Below are positions 48,484-57,177 of a DNA stretch of 64,000 bases, piece after piece (position 1 is the stretch's first letter; each line of letters opens with the position of its first letter). A model generated the notes under the pieces. That model saw only the letters and a list, made by a program, of their open reading frames with translations, had not been told where the DNA came from and ran no database searches. The stretch lies in the IMG/VR virus record IMGVR_UViG_3300022660_000043, one strand, 5' to 3'. The stretch comes from a virus (Duplodnaviria > Caudoviricetes). The position numbers and the translations under genes are program-made.

Positions 48484-48872
48484 ATAGTTTCCTCTAACTC
48501 CATTAGTTTTTCTTGTAAAAACTGAAATAAGTATTCGTCAATAATATAATGATTTTCTTCGTCAGGCCCAAAGTTAAATACTATTGCTTGATGAGGTGTT
48601 CCAGTAAGAAGGCATTCCTGTTTATTCTTTTCAAACCAATCCTTTTTAATGGAGATTGAATCTGAATGAGAAGTCTTTGTTTTACATTCTAATAAAAAAC
48701 CATTTGCCCCCTTAGTGAGCACATCCCCCTTTGCAAAGGGGGTTGCGCCACTATTAGGGGTTTGTCTTCCGCCAACAGCTTTAGCAACTGTCCTTTCTTG
48801 GCGAGAAGAAAAATGACGGGTAGGTTTAGTGTTTTCGCCTTCTTTATTTCTAGTTCTAAGTCCTGCTGCCAT
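48480..48872 (-). CDS. Holliday junction resolvase-like PD-(D/E)xK nuclease
   Basis: QERTVA, NSGA, KGDV and LLECKT. Confidence 0.7.
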   Translation of the reverse strand: MAAGLRTRNKEGENTKPTRHFSSRQERTVAKAVGGRQTPNSGATPFAKGDVLTKGANGFLLECKTKTSHSDSISIKKDWFEKNKQECLLTGTPHQAIVFNFGPDEENHYIIDEYLFQFLQEKLMELEETI

Positions 48873-50041
48873 TACGCGTCTGCAATATCAGCTGCTTTTG
48901 CTTCCTCAGAAACAGCTCTTTCCTGAGCATCTATCTCTGCTGTAGCTCTAGCATCAAGAAGCGAACCATAAGAAGCATCTTCATTTGCAATAGCTCTGTT
49001 AAGCATTGCAAGATACTGGGCCTGGAAAGGAATATTAGTCTTGATATACTCAATCAAGTCATTCTTTTTACCCTTAAGCTCTCTGCCTTCTTCATCATAA
49101 AAAGGCTCACCGGTATCAAGATTTACAAGCTGATAGGTAACATTATTCAAACGAGGAATAAAATTAAATCCAATAGCAATCTCAAGAAGGTCATGTAGCC
49201 AATCCATACCAGTCGCATAACGGAAGGTCATAAAACCACCGCCACGATTACAAGGAGCAGTCTTATTCTTCATAATCTTAAACTGAAGTCTGAAACCATC
49301 AGCGCCTTCACCGTTTTGAGCTCCACAGGCATCCATATCATCACCCTTAGTAAACTTACGAGTACCGAATCTTACAGACACTGAAGAATAGAACTGAGGA
49401 GCACCACCACAAGGCTCTTTCCACTTTTGAATACCAGTAAAGGTCTTGCCATCATCGCGCACCTGATTAATACAGATAAGCATATTATTCTTTTCTGTTA
49501 CCGCAGACTGCATAATAGAAAGGAAAGGATAAAGCTTCTTTGCCATAGTACCTCTCATGCCTGCATCCTTAGTAAGATCATTTTCCAGAACAGCCTGAGG
49601 AACCATCGCAGGAAGTGAGTCTACAACAATTAGGCCAATATTATCGCCCTTCTGAATTTCTACAATCATGTCACAAATCTGCTCACCAGACAGACCAATA
49701 GGATCTACATACATCAGTCTATTAGGATCAATACCACACATTGCAATCTGGAACTTGAGGTCCAAAGAATGCTCAATATCTACATAAACACAAATCTGAT
49801 CAGGAAATCTACGTTGATAAGCAGCAAGAACTGCACAAGCTGCAGTACTTTTGCCAGAGTGCTGTAGACCAGAGAACACACAGATTCGTCCAAGAGGAAG
49901 TCCTCCAAACAAAGGATAATCCAAACCAAGAGCACCAGTTGACAATCTTTCATATGTAGGCTTGATATTTGCTAACATACCAAGTTTATCCATCTTATAC
50001 TCTTTACCAAATTTCTTAATAATTTCTTCTACACTAGCCAT
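48872..50041 (-). CDS. recA: RecA/UvsX recombinase
   Basis: GGLPLGRI, GLQHSGKST, VDIEH, IVVDS, INQVR and KNKTAP; start placed at MASVEE. Confidence 0.92.
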   Translation of the reverse strand: MASVEEIIKKFGKEYKMDKLGMLANIKPTYERLSTGALGLDYPLFGGLPLGRICVFSGLQHSGKSTAACAVLAAYQRRFPDQICVYVDIEHSLDLKFQIAMCGIDPNRLMYVDPIGLSGEQICDMIVEIQKGDNIGLIVVDSLPAMVPQAVLENDLTKDAGMRGTMAKKLYPFLSIMQSAVTEKNNMLICINQVRDDGKTFTGIQKWKEPCGGAPQFYSSVSVRFGTRKFTKGDDMDACGAQNGEGADGFRLQFKIMKNKTAPCNRGGGFMTFRYATGMDWLHDLLEIAIGFNFIPRLNNVTYQLVNLDTGEPFYDEEGRELKGKKNDLIEYIKTNIPFQAQYLAMLNRAIANEDASYGSLLDARATAEIDAQERAVSEEAKAADIADA

Positions 50042-50055
50042 TAATAATTCCTTTC

Positions 50056-50196
50056 TTAAAATCCCCAAGTTTTTTTACGAAGTTTCTTTCGGGCAGCTTC
50101 TTGTTTTTTATGAGTTTTACGTACAGTATTTTGCATTGCTTTACGAGCTTTCTTAGCCCCTTCATTGCATTTTACTTTATGTAATGTTTGCCTCAT
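50056..50196 (-). CDS. Small highly basic protein, 46 aa, not in ORF track
   Basis: MRQTLHKVKCNEGAKKARKAMQNTVRKTHKKQEAARKKLRKKTWGF; AGGAGA RBS. Confidence 0.55.
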   Translation of the reverse strand: MRQTLHKVKCNEGAKKARKAMQNTVRKTHKKQEAARKKLRKKTWGF

Positions 50197-50207
50197 AAAA
50201 ATTCTCC

Positions 50208-50738
50208 TTATTCGTTTAGAGTAATTCTACCGTTTGTAGTTGGAGCAATATCATTACTTGCTCCGATATTCATAAACTTAGCTTCTTGCATACGGCTCAT
50301 AAGAATGCTCTTAAGAACATCTACCAAACGATGAATAGCATCAAGTTTAGTTTTCAAAAGGCTAGCTACCAAGGTATAAAGAGCCTCAGTGGCAGTCTCA
50401 GCAGAAGTAGCAACAGTAGCTAATTTATCTTTGACAGCCGCGCTGCCATCAGCACCATTAAAACTTACTGCAAAATGCTCTTTTTGAGTAATTTCTGCAA
50501 GCTCCGCTTTAAGAGCTGCACGTTCTTTCATTTCACTAATACCATAAGCTTTAAGCTGAAGCATTAGCAAATACTCTCTAAGCTGATCTACTGATAAGGA
50601 GTTGACTCTTGTATCAATTTGATTAACTAGCTCATCAATAGGTGCAAAGGTAGGTGCAAGAAAATCATCTGCAATATTCACCAACTCCCTATATTGGGTT
50701 TCCACAGTCGTAAGAGCAGTCTCTAATTTCTGATTCAT
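50208..50738 (-). CDS. Helical protein, possible UvsY-like recombination mediator
   Basis: Coiled-coil pattern, upstream of recA; weak evidence. Confidence 0.35.
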   Translation of the reverse strand: MNQKLETALTTVETQYRELVNIADDFLAPTFAPIDELVNQIDTRVNSLSVDQLREYLLMLQLKAYGISEMKERAALKAELAEITQKEHFAVSFNGADGSAAVKDKLATVATSAETATEALYTLVASLLKTKLDAIHRLVDVLKSILMSRMQEAKFMNIGASNDIAPTTNGRITLNE

Positions 50739-50768
50739 ATATCCTCCTCAATAAAAATATCTCTATAT

Positions 50769-50778
50769 ATTATACGAT
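50769..50778 (-). promoter_or_regulatory. Putative early/middle promoter ATCGTATAAT
   Basis: Motif copy heading the recA operon. Confidence 0.55.
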
Positions 50779-50796
50779 TATTCCAGTATTATTTTT

Positions 50797-53013
50797 TTAA
50801 TGGAATGTTCTAGCAATAACCTCATCCTGATGCAGCTTATCAAGAGAATTAAATCTTACTGCATAACCACTTACTCGAATTGTTAAATTTGGATAGTTCT
50901 CTGGATGCTTTTGTGCATCGATAAGATCTTCACGGTTGATGACATTTACATTGAGGTGATGAGCATTCTGACCAAAATAAGCATCCAAGATCGTTACAAG
51001 ATTATTATGTCTGACAGTTTCGTCTCGACCAAGAGAACCTGGAGTAATGGAAAAGGTATTACTGATACCGTCACGACAACAATCATAGTCAAGCTTAGAT
51101 ACAGAGTTCAAGGAGGCAATAGGTCCAAAAGCTTCTCTATTGTGCATTGGGTTAGCACCTGGGGCAAAAGCCTCACCTGCTTTACGCCCATCTGGAGTAG
51201 CACCGGTTGCGCTTCCATAAACTACATTTGAAGTAATAGTTAATAAGCTAAGGGTATGTTTTGCATTTCTAAGAGCAGGAGTTTTACAGAGTTCGTTGTA
51301 GAAGTAAGTAACTACTTCATTCGCAATGTTATCTACTGAGTCGATATCATTACCAAACTTAGGAAATTCTCTCTTACACTTAAAGTCTACAGCGATGCCA
51401 TTTTCATTAGTAATTGCTTCACAGCCACCAAATTTGATAGCCGAGAGGGAGTCAGCCACTACGCTAAGACCTGCAATGCCAAAAGCCATAAGTCTTTCTA
51501 CATCGGTATCATGAAGTGCCATTTGAACCTTCTCGTAACAGTACTTATCGTGCATGAAATGAATTACATTCATGGTGTTTACATACTGCTCAGCAACCCA
51601 GTCCATATAATATTTGAATCTACTCATTACCTCATCGTAATCAAGTTCACCCTTAAGCGGGCCTAGCATTGGACCAAGCTGCTCGCCAGTAATTTCATCT
51701 TTACCTCCATTGATTGCCATAAGCAGAATTTTTGGAAGATTACAACGAGCACCAAAATACTGCATTTGTTCTCCAAGCTTCATAGCTGAGACACAACAAG
51801 CTATAGCATAATCACTACCAAAACGCTCTCTCATAAGGTCATCATTTTCATACTGAATAGATGAAGTATCTGTACTTACTTTTGCACAGAACTGTTTAAA
51901 AGCATGAGGAAGCTTTCTAGACCAAAGAACAGTCATATTAGGCTCAGGAGAAGATCCAAGATTGTAAAGAGTATTAAGAAATCTAAAGCTGTTTTTAGTT
52001 ACTAAATGCTCCCCTTCTTCACTAACTCCACCTATAGCCTCAGTTACCCAAGTAGGGTCTCCTGCAAAAAGTTCATTATATTCGGGTGTTCTAAGCTGTC
52101 TTGCTGCTCTGAGTTTAATTACAAACTGATCAATAATTTCTTGAATTTCAGCTTCAGTAAAGGTACCTTCCTTAAGGTCTCGCTCTGCATAGATATCAAT
52201 AAAAGTCGAAGTTCTGCCTAAGCTTTCTGCAGCACCATTTTGCTCCTTAATAGCTGCTAAATAGCCAAAATAAATCCATTGAACCGCTTCTTTGGTATTT
52301 GTAGCTGGCTTAGAAATATCAATACCATAAAGCAATGCCATCTCTTTAAGCTGCTTCAAAAAGCTAATTTGCTTGTACAGCTCTTCGATCAGCTGAATAT
52401 TTGCAGCATTAAAGTTTTTATGCTCAAATCGATCATAATCATACTGTTTCCAAGTAATAAGTTGATCAACTCCATAGAGAGCAATTCTACGGTAGTCGCC
52501 AATAATACGACCTCTACCATAAGCATCAGGAAGACCAGTTAAAATGTGAGCATGTCTAAGCTTTCTCATAGTTTTAGTATAAGCTCTAAATACTCCATCA
52601 TTATGGGTAGACTTATATCTAAACTGTTCTTTAATAGTATCACTAATTTTATAACCGTAAGCTTTACAAGCTTGCTCAGCCATTCTCATGCCACCAAAAG
52701 GATTAATAGCTCTTTTAAGAGGCTCATCAGTTTGCAAGCCAACGATAACTTCATTGTCCTTATCAATATAGCCCGCAGGAAAAGTAAGAAGTGACGAAAT
52801 ACGTTCTTCATCTACCTTATATACACCGCCGCGTTCCTGCTCAAGTTTGCAGTATTCTTTATACTTGTCAAGCACTTTTTGAGTTCTTGTTGAAATAGTC
52901 TGAAGAAAGCTCTCATCTCCATTATAAGGAGTATAATTAAGTTGAATAAATTGTTTTACATCTGGATAACTAGTCCATCTGCCAGTGTTAAAATAACGCC
53001 AAGGATTTTGCAT
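50797..53013 (-). CDS. pflB: Pyruvate formate-lyase
   Basis: [24 protein letters not shown], active-site IACCVS and glycyl-radical IRVSGYAV. Confidence 0.95.
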   Translation of the reverse strand: MQNPWRYFNTGRWTSYPDVKQFIQLNYTPYNGDESFLQTISTRTQKVLDKYKEYCKLEQERGGVYKVDEERISSLLTFPAGYIDKDNEVIVGLQTDEPLKRAINPFGGMRMAEQACKAYGYKISDTIKEQFRYKSTHNDGVFRAYTKTMRKLRHAHILTGLPDAYGRGRIIGDYRRIALYGVDQLITWKQYDYDRFEHKNFNAANIQLIEELYKQISFLKQLKEMALLYGIDISKPATNTKEAVQWIYFGYLAAIKEQNGAAESLGRTSTFIDIYAERDLKEGTFTEAEIQEIIDQFVIKLRAARQLRTPEYNELFAGDPTWVTEAIGGVSEEGEHLVTKNSFRFLNTLYNLGSSPEPNMTVLWSRKLPHAFKQFCAKVSTDTSSIQYENDDLMRERFGSDYAIACCVSAMKLGEQMQYFGARCNLPKILLMAINGGKDEITGEQLGPMLGPLKGELDYDEVMSRFKYYMDWVAEQYVNTMNVIHFMHDKYCYEKVQMALHDTDVERLMAFGIAGLSVVADSLSAIKFGGCEAITNENGIAVDFKCKREFPKFGNDIDSVDNIANEVVTYFYNELCKTPALRNAKHTLSLLTITSNVVYGSATGATPDGRKAGEAFAPGANPMHNREAFGPIASLNSVSKLDYDCCRDGISNTFSITPGSLGRDETVRHNNLVTILDAYFGQNAHHLNVNVINREDLIDAQKHPENYPNLTIRVSGYAVRFNSLDKLHQDEVIARTFH

Positions 53014-53079
53014 ATGTTACCTCCAAGTGAGAATTAAATCCCAAGGAAAAAACCCTGGGATTTAGTTTAGCAAATTTTC

Positions 53080-53553
53080 TCACTCGCCATCTTGTAGCTG
53101 CATGAGAACAGAATAATCACCTTCAAGAAACACACGCTTCTTTTCGGTGGGTATCTTTAAAATTCTATAAGTATCTTCAGACAACATTTTAATATTAACT
53201 GACTTCTTGCCATCTTCCTTCATTTTTGTAATACTACTAATAGGAACATAACAAATGGTATCATGGTCAATAAACCATAAAATTACCCCCGCTCTAACTC
53301 CTTTAATTCCAACCTTACCAAGAAGCTTTTCATATTGAGTAAGATTAGCAAGAGGGAACGTATTTCCCTGATGACTTTTACACTCTAGATAAAACATTAT
53401 TGGATAGTTATATCCAATAAAGTCTGAAATGTTTGCGATAGCTTTATAGCCATTAGTAGTGTCATAGATACGATCAATTGTGCCATCAGGGAAAGACTTT
53501 ATAAAATCGTCTTTAAATTTTGTCTCAAAGATTTTGCCTTTATTGTTTGCCAT
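53080..53553 (-). CDS. RecU-like Holliday junction resolvase
   Basis: NKGKIFE, SDFIG, LECKS and downstream Q motifs. Confidence 0.75.
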   Translation of the reverse strand: MANNKGKIFETKFKDDFIKSFPDGTIDRIYDTTNGYKAIANISDFIGYNYPIMFYLECKSHQGNTFPLANLTQYEKLLGKVGIKGVRAGVILWFIDHDTICYVPISSITKMKEDGKKSVNIKMLSEDTYRILKIPTEKKRVFLEGDYSVLMQLQDGE

Positions 53554-54692
53554 TAGAATGTGAGTTTAACTTCAGGAATAAGGTTACTGATAGCACCACG
53601 AGAGATAATAATAGATCTCTGGTTGCCACAATTAAACGTAATATGCTCATTCTTACAAGAATCAAGTACAAGCTTTAGGTCAATAAGATTTACACCAAAC
53701 TCATACTCACCTGCAACATAGCTACCATTCTCAATAGTAACAAATTCGGTATTATCAAAGCGGTCACGGATCATCATAGAATCACCACTAATATTTACCT
53801 TGACAGGCATATAAGAAGAAACAGATTTATCTGTTGCAGACTTATTATTCTTAGTAAACATCTGAAGTCTAGAAATAGCACTTGCAAATTCATTTACAGA
53901 GAATACCATTCTATAGTCATAAGACTGTGCAATAAAATTCTTTGTAGCAGTGCAAGGTCCCTGGATCTTCTGAATAAGTACATCATCACAGGTAATAATA
54001 GCTGCAAGATATGTATCATCAGTTTCGAGTACCATCTTTGTCTGTACGCCGCCAGCAATAGGATCAATGCCGAGAGAGAACTTAACATCAGTCTTAAAAA
54101 GCTTGAAGAGCTTTACAATACGATCATTGAGAAGCAGCTTCACAGGCTTTTCAAGAGTAAATGCATTAAGACAAGCACCAGTAGTGAAAGTAAAGCAACC
54201 AGTCTCATCAATAAAATAAAGTCTCTGAAGCTCATTTACTACAGAAGCACCCTTAAGCTTAAGAAGCTCCTTACTATTAACATTAAGAATACTGGTAAGA
54301 ATCTCATTAGAAATTCCCATTTCAACTGTCTTATTACCAATACTGATAACAGGAAGAGTCATCAAAGAGCTATTCTCAAAAATCATAGCCAACTTATAGT
54401 TACTCTTACCAGCAGTTACGGTAATATAGTTAGTCTGCTCGGTAATAGTAAAAGTCTCAGTAGTAATGCCAGAAATAAGATTAAGAAAGAGCGAAGCATC
54501 TACTACTGCATGGAAATTAGTAGGCTCAGAAAGAGGAAACTTAACGGACACATAAAACTCTCTATTTGTCACATTAAGATACAAAGTAGACTCCTTTGTG
54601 ACAAGTTCAAGATTGGCAGCATTATCATCGAGACCGGCTGCAAGCAGAATTTTATTAGCTGTCTCTTGAAAATCTTTAGTTGTAATAATCAT
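53553..54692 (-). CDS. DNA sliding clamp, beta (DnaN-like)
   Basis: 379 aa with a three-domain beta-clamp pattern (VTNREF, VVDASLF.NLI, GVN..DL..VL, LIPEV); next to the polymerase. Confidence 0.75.
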   Translation of the reverse strand: MIITTKDFQETANKILLAAGLDDNAANLELVTKESTLYLNVTNREFYVSVKFPLSEPTNFHAVVDASLFLNLISGITTETFTITEQTNYITVTAGKSNYKLAMIFENSSLMTLPVISIGNKTVEMGISNEILTSILNVNSKELLKLKGASVVNELQRLYFIDETGCFTFTTGACLNAFTLEKPVKLLLNDRIVKLFKLFKTDVKFSLGIDPIAGGVQTKMVLETDDTYLAAIITCDDVLIQKIQGPCTATKNFIAQSYDYRMVFSVNEFASAISRLQMFTKNNKSATDKSVSSYMPVKVNISGDSMMIRDRFDNTEFVTIENGSYVAGEYEFGVNLIDLKLVLDSCKNEHITFNCGNQRSIIISRGAISNLIPEVKLTF

Positions 54693-54710
54693 AGTATTTT
54701 GTCCTTTCTA

Positions 54711-55964
54711 TCATTCAAATAAATTTATATAAGCTGTATCTTCATCTTCTGTTTCTTCAACAGTGTCATCATTTATAATAATCTCTTCAATGTCTTCTAC
54801 AATATGAGCAAAAGCATCAGAATCAATCTCTTCGCCTGTTTCAATAGTAGCTCTAATTGCATCAGGAAACATCTCTGGATGATTTTCAATTACTTTGGCA
54901 AGAGCAGTTTCTTTATCCAATCCTTTTTCTTCTAACTTTTTAAATTCAGATTGAATAGAAACTGAGTACTCACCGATATACCACTGTCTTTCCGCATAAG
55001 GGTCACAGGCCATAGGTACATTAATAAAAGGCTTTGCAGTATCAATCATAACTTGAGGCAACCTTTTCTCTACCTTTTCAGCATAAGCCATAGGGCATTC
55101 AACAAGGACCTCATCGTGAACTGTGATAACAAGATGAGCATCAAGTTCTCTAAGCTCTGGATCATTGTCAACATTAACCATAGCTAACTTAGTAAGAGAC
55201 GCTGCTCCACCTTGGATACGTGCATTCAAACACTGTCTTTCTGCCTGAGCTCTTCTACCTGTATTAGCTGAAATTAAGATACCTTCAGCAAGAGCTTCCT
55301 TTGCAAGCTTTTCATGAGCCGTATTACTCATCTCATCATTTTCTTTATAATTGGGATCTTTTTCTCGCTGAAAACGCTGACTTGCTCTTACATTTTCTCT
55401 TACTCGGCCTTCCCAATAAGCTACTCTTTCTGGAGAAACCGTAGGTCTATCCTCACAACCGAGAAAAGGATTAAAATCAGCTGCACTCGGCTTTTTAATT
55501 ACCTTTACTTCATAAGCAGGCAGGCTAAAGTCAGGAAGGTGTCTTCGTCTTCCAGCCCAGTCCTCTACATAGCCTTTTTCAGAAAGCATGGCTTTTGAAG
55601 CATCTATAAGCTTTTTTACGTCAGGGAACTGCCCAAAGAAATTATCCATGAGCTCTTGGCCTTCCTCTGCTGATTTACCCATTCTGGCACCAGCAGTTTT
55701 TGCACTCATTCCATACAAAATTGCCAAAAGCATAGTTTTTGCTGCAGAACGTCTTTCCTTACCTGCTTTATGTAGGTGAGTCTTTTTGCCGCAAATAATC
55801 TTTTTGCCATCAAGTTCTATCTCTGTACCTTCAGGATAAAACTCTAGATTTTCCCAATACTCATTATTAAACATTGATTGAGCGATAACGGCATAAAGAT
55901 CTTTGCCCTCGAAGTAAGCCTGCATCATCTGAGGCGACTGGCTCATAAAAGCTGTCAATCGAGG
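54711..55964 (-). CDS. Family A DNA polymerase, C-terminal part (from PRL of motif A through motifs B and C)
   Basis: PRLTAF, DLY, RSAAKTMLLAILYG, GRRRHLP, NARIQGGAA and VHDE; no RBS-supported start of its own seen. Confidence 0.9.
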   Translation of the reverse strand, partial: PRLTAFMSQSPQMMQAYFEGKDLYAVIAQSMFNNEYWENLEFYPEGTEIELDGKKIICGKKTHLHKAGKERRSAAKTMLLAILYGMSAKTAGARMGKSAEEGQELMDNFFGQFPDVKKLIDASKAMLSEKGYVEDWAGRRRHLPDFSLPAYEVKVIKKPSAADFNPFLGCEDRPTVSPERVAYWEGRVRENVRASQRFQREKDPNYKENDEMSNTAHEKLAKEALAEGILISANTGRRAQAERQCLNARIQGGAASLTKLAMVNVDNDPELRELDAHLVITVHDEVLVECPMAYAEKVEKRLPQVMIDTAKPFINVPMACDPYAERQWYIGEYSVSIQSEFKKLEEKGLDKETALAKVIENHPEMFPDAIRATIETGEEIDSDAFAHIVEDIEEIIINDDTVEETEDEDTAYINLFE

Positions 55965-55966
55965 AT

Positions 55967-56038
55967 CTATTCCTGAGCACTGAAGTCAGACCCGACTAAC
56001 ATATATCTAGTTCTAGTTCTTAAACATTTAGTACTCAT
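55967..56038 (-). CDS. 23-aa polymerase segment carrying the catalytic Asp of motif A
   Basis: MSTKCLRTRTRYMLVGSDFSAQE then TAG; AGAAAGGATGGTGG RBS; out of frame with the downstream part by 5 nt (TAGAT). Confidence 0.85.
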   Translation of the reverse strand: MSTKCLRTRTRYMLVGSDFSAQE

Positions 56039-56075
56039 AATAATAACCACCATCCTTTCTTCCTTTTCAATAATT

Positions 56076-56942
56076 TTATTTATAAAACCATTGAATATTA
56101 GTAATTTTAATGTTTTTATATTTGTTATTTTCGCAAATGCGTCCAGTAATTTCACCTTTGTGAATAGACATTTTGATCTTTCGCTGATAAGTAGCTTCTG
56201 AATAGTTGTTTCCAAAAGGTTTTTCTGTTTGATACCACCACAGACCAGCATCTAAAATCGACTCAAAGTCAAAGCGCTCTCCTGTATTTAATATACAATA
56301 TACAGGGACTGATCTAGTTGCAAAAATATTAGTTGTATTAATTGTTCTGGTCGATACTTTCTTGTCTTTAGAAACTAAAAGCCAGCCTTCCTCAAGCAGT
56401 TGATTGATTTTTTCAGTATTAGCTCCAGCTGTATAGGTACGTTTACCATCTTTAACAAAACATTTTCTATCTCGCTGTGCTTCTGATATTTTTCTACGAT
56501 ATGCTTCTGATCGCCCATTCTTTTTAAGGGTATTAGACAAAGTTTTAGAAATTTTAGCTTTAACTTCATCTGACTGCATGATTAAATCGTGCTTAGCTTT
56601 TACTACAGTAGAATCCATAGGATTGGCTTTTGTACTACCTTCTAGCATATTATATCCTGAAGTTACAGCATCAAAATAATGGATCCAAAACTTCTCCTTC
56701 TCATCTAACTCTTCTTGTGAATCAGCATAATCAATAGTTTCTACACTAAAATTGTCTTTACCATATTTAACCATAGCAAGATACAGGTGCATATATTTAT
56801 ATGCTGCATTACCATAACGTTTACAGTAATAATCTGCCCTAGTCAAATGCTCTTGAAAACGTTTACTAACCGTTCGACGGGTCTGACCAATATAAAGTTT
56901 TAAATTTACCTTGTTAGTAATTTTATAAACATAACCGTACAT
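56076..56942 (-). CDS. GIY-YIG homing endonuclease with NUMOD3-like repeats
   Basis: GYVYKITN...YIGQT, R..EH, ELDEKE..WI, GYN and RSEAYRRKISEA. Confidence 0.9.
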   Translation of the reverse strand: MYGYVYKITNKVNLKLYIGQTRRTVSKRFQEHLTRADYYCKRYGNAAYKYMHLYLAMVKYGKDNFSVETIDYADSQEELDEKEKFWIHYFDAVTSGYNMLEGSTKANPMDSTVVKAKHDLIMQSDEVKAKISKTLSNTLKKNGRSEAYRRKISEAQRDRKCFVKDGKRTYTAGANTEKINQLLEEGWLLVSKDKKVSTRTINTTNIFATRSVPVYCILNTGERFDFESILDAGLWWYQTEKPFGNNYSEATYQRKIKMSIHKGEITGRICENNKYKNIKITNIQWFYK

Positions 56943-56975
56943 AAAAGTCTCCTAAATTAAGTTTTATTTTACACT

Positions 56976-56984
56976 TAATTTAGC
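56976..56984 (-). promoter_or_regulatory. Putative late promoter GCTAAATTA for the endonuclease
   Basis: Exact motif copy about 35 nt upstream of the GIY-YIG start. Confidence 0.65.
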
Positions 56985-56997
56985 ATATAAATTGTCA

Positions 56998-57168
56998 TCA
57001 AATGTCATCGTTTTTCACTGTTTTGCCAAGTAAGGCATAAACAGAATCTGCATTATATCGATGCTGACCGTTAACAGTTATATCAATTTTGATTAACCCT
57101 GACTTAACATATCGTGCTAGAGTTCTACGACAAATACCTAGGGTTTTCATAACTTCTTTTGCTCTCAT
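56998..57168 (-). CDS. MerR-type/IS607-like HTH protein, 56 aa, not in ORF track
   Basis: MRAKEVMKTLGICRRTLARYVKSGLIKIDITVNGQHRYNADSVYALL; AGGAGA RBS. Confidence 0.75.
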   Translation of the reverse strand: MRAKEVMKTLGICRRTLARYVKSGLIKIDITVNGQHRYNADSVYALLGKTVKNDDI

Positions 57169-57177
57169 AAAGTCTCC

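Larger units (their letters stand above)
56076..57177 (-). mobile_element. Free-standing homing endonuclease cassette (HTH + GIY-YIG) splitting the polymerase gene
   Basis: Lies between the polymerase fragments; both cassette genes share the RBS AGGAGACTTT(T)ATG. Confidence 0.7.

Noticed and set aside
50797-53013. Anaerobic ribonucleotide reductase NrdD
   Set aside because: The adjacent Cys-Cys, RVSGY and [11 protein letters not shown] motifs are PFL signatures.
55955-55972. TAG reassignment or stop read-through as the explanation for the motif A break
   Set aside because: Reading through TAG stays out of frame (ATC CTC GAT TGA). Other genes are intact in code 11 and TAG is used as a normal stop (e.g. 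at 8395).
55967-56251. 94-aa ORF as listed in the ORF track
   Set aside because: The first ~65 codons overlap the GIY-YIG gene in another frame or the spacer. Only the RBS-preceded last 23-28 codons are credible.
56998-57168. IS607 insertion sequence
   Set aside because: Only the HTH is present; no serine recombinase domain and no tnpB.
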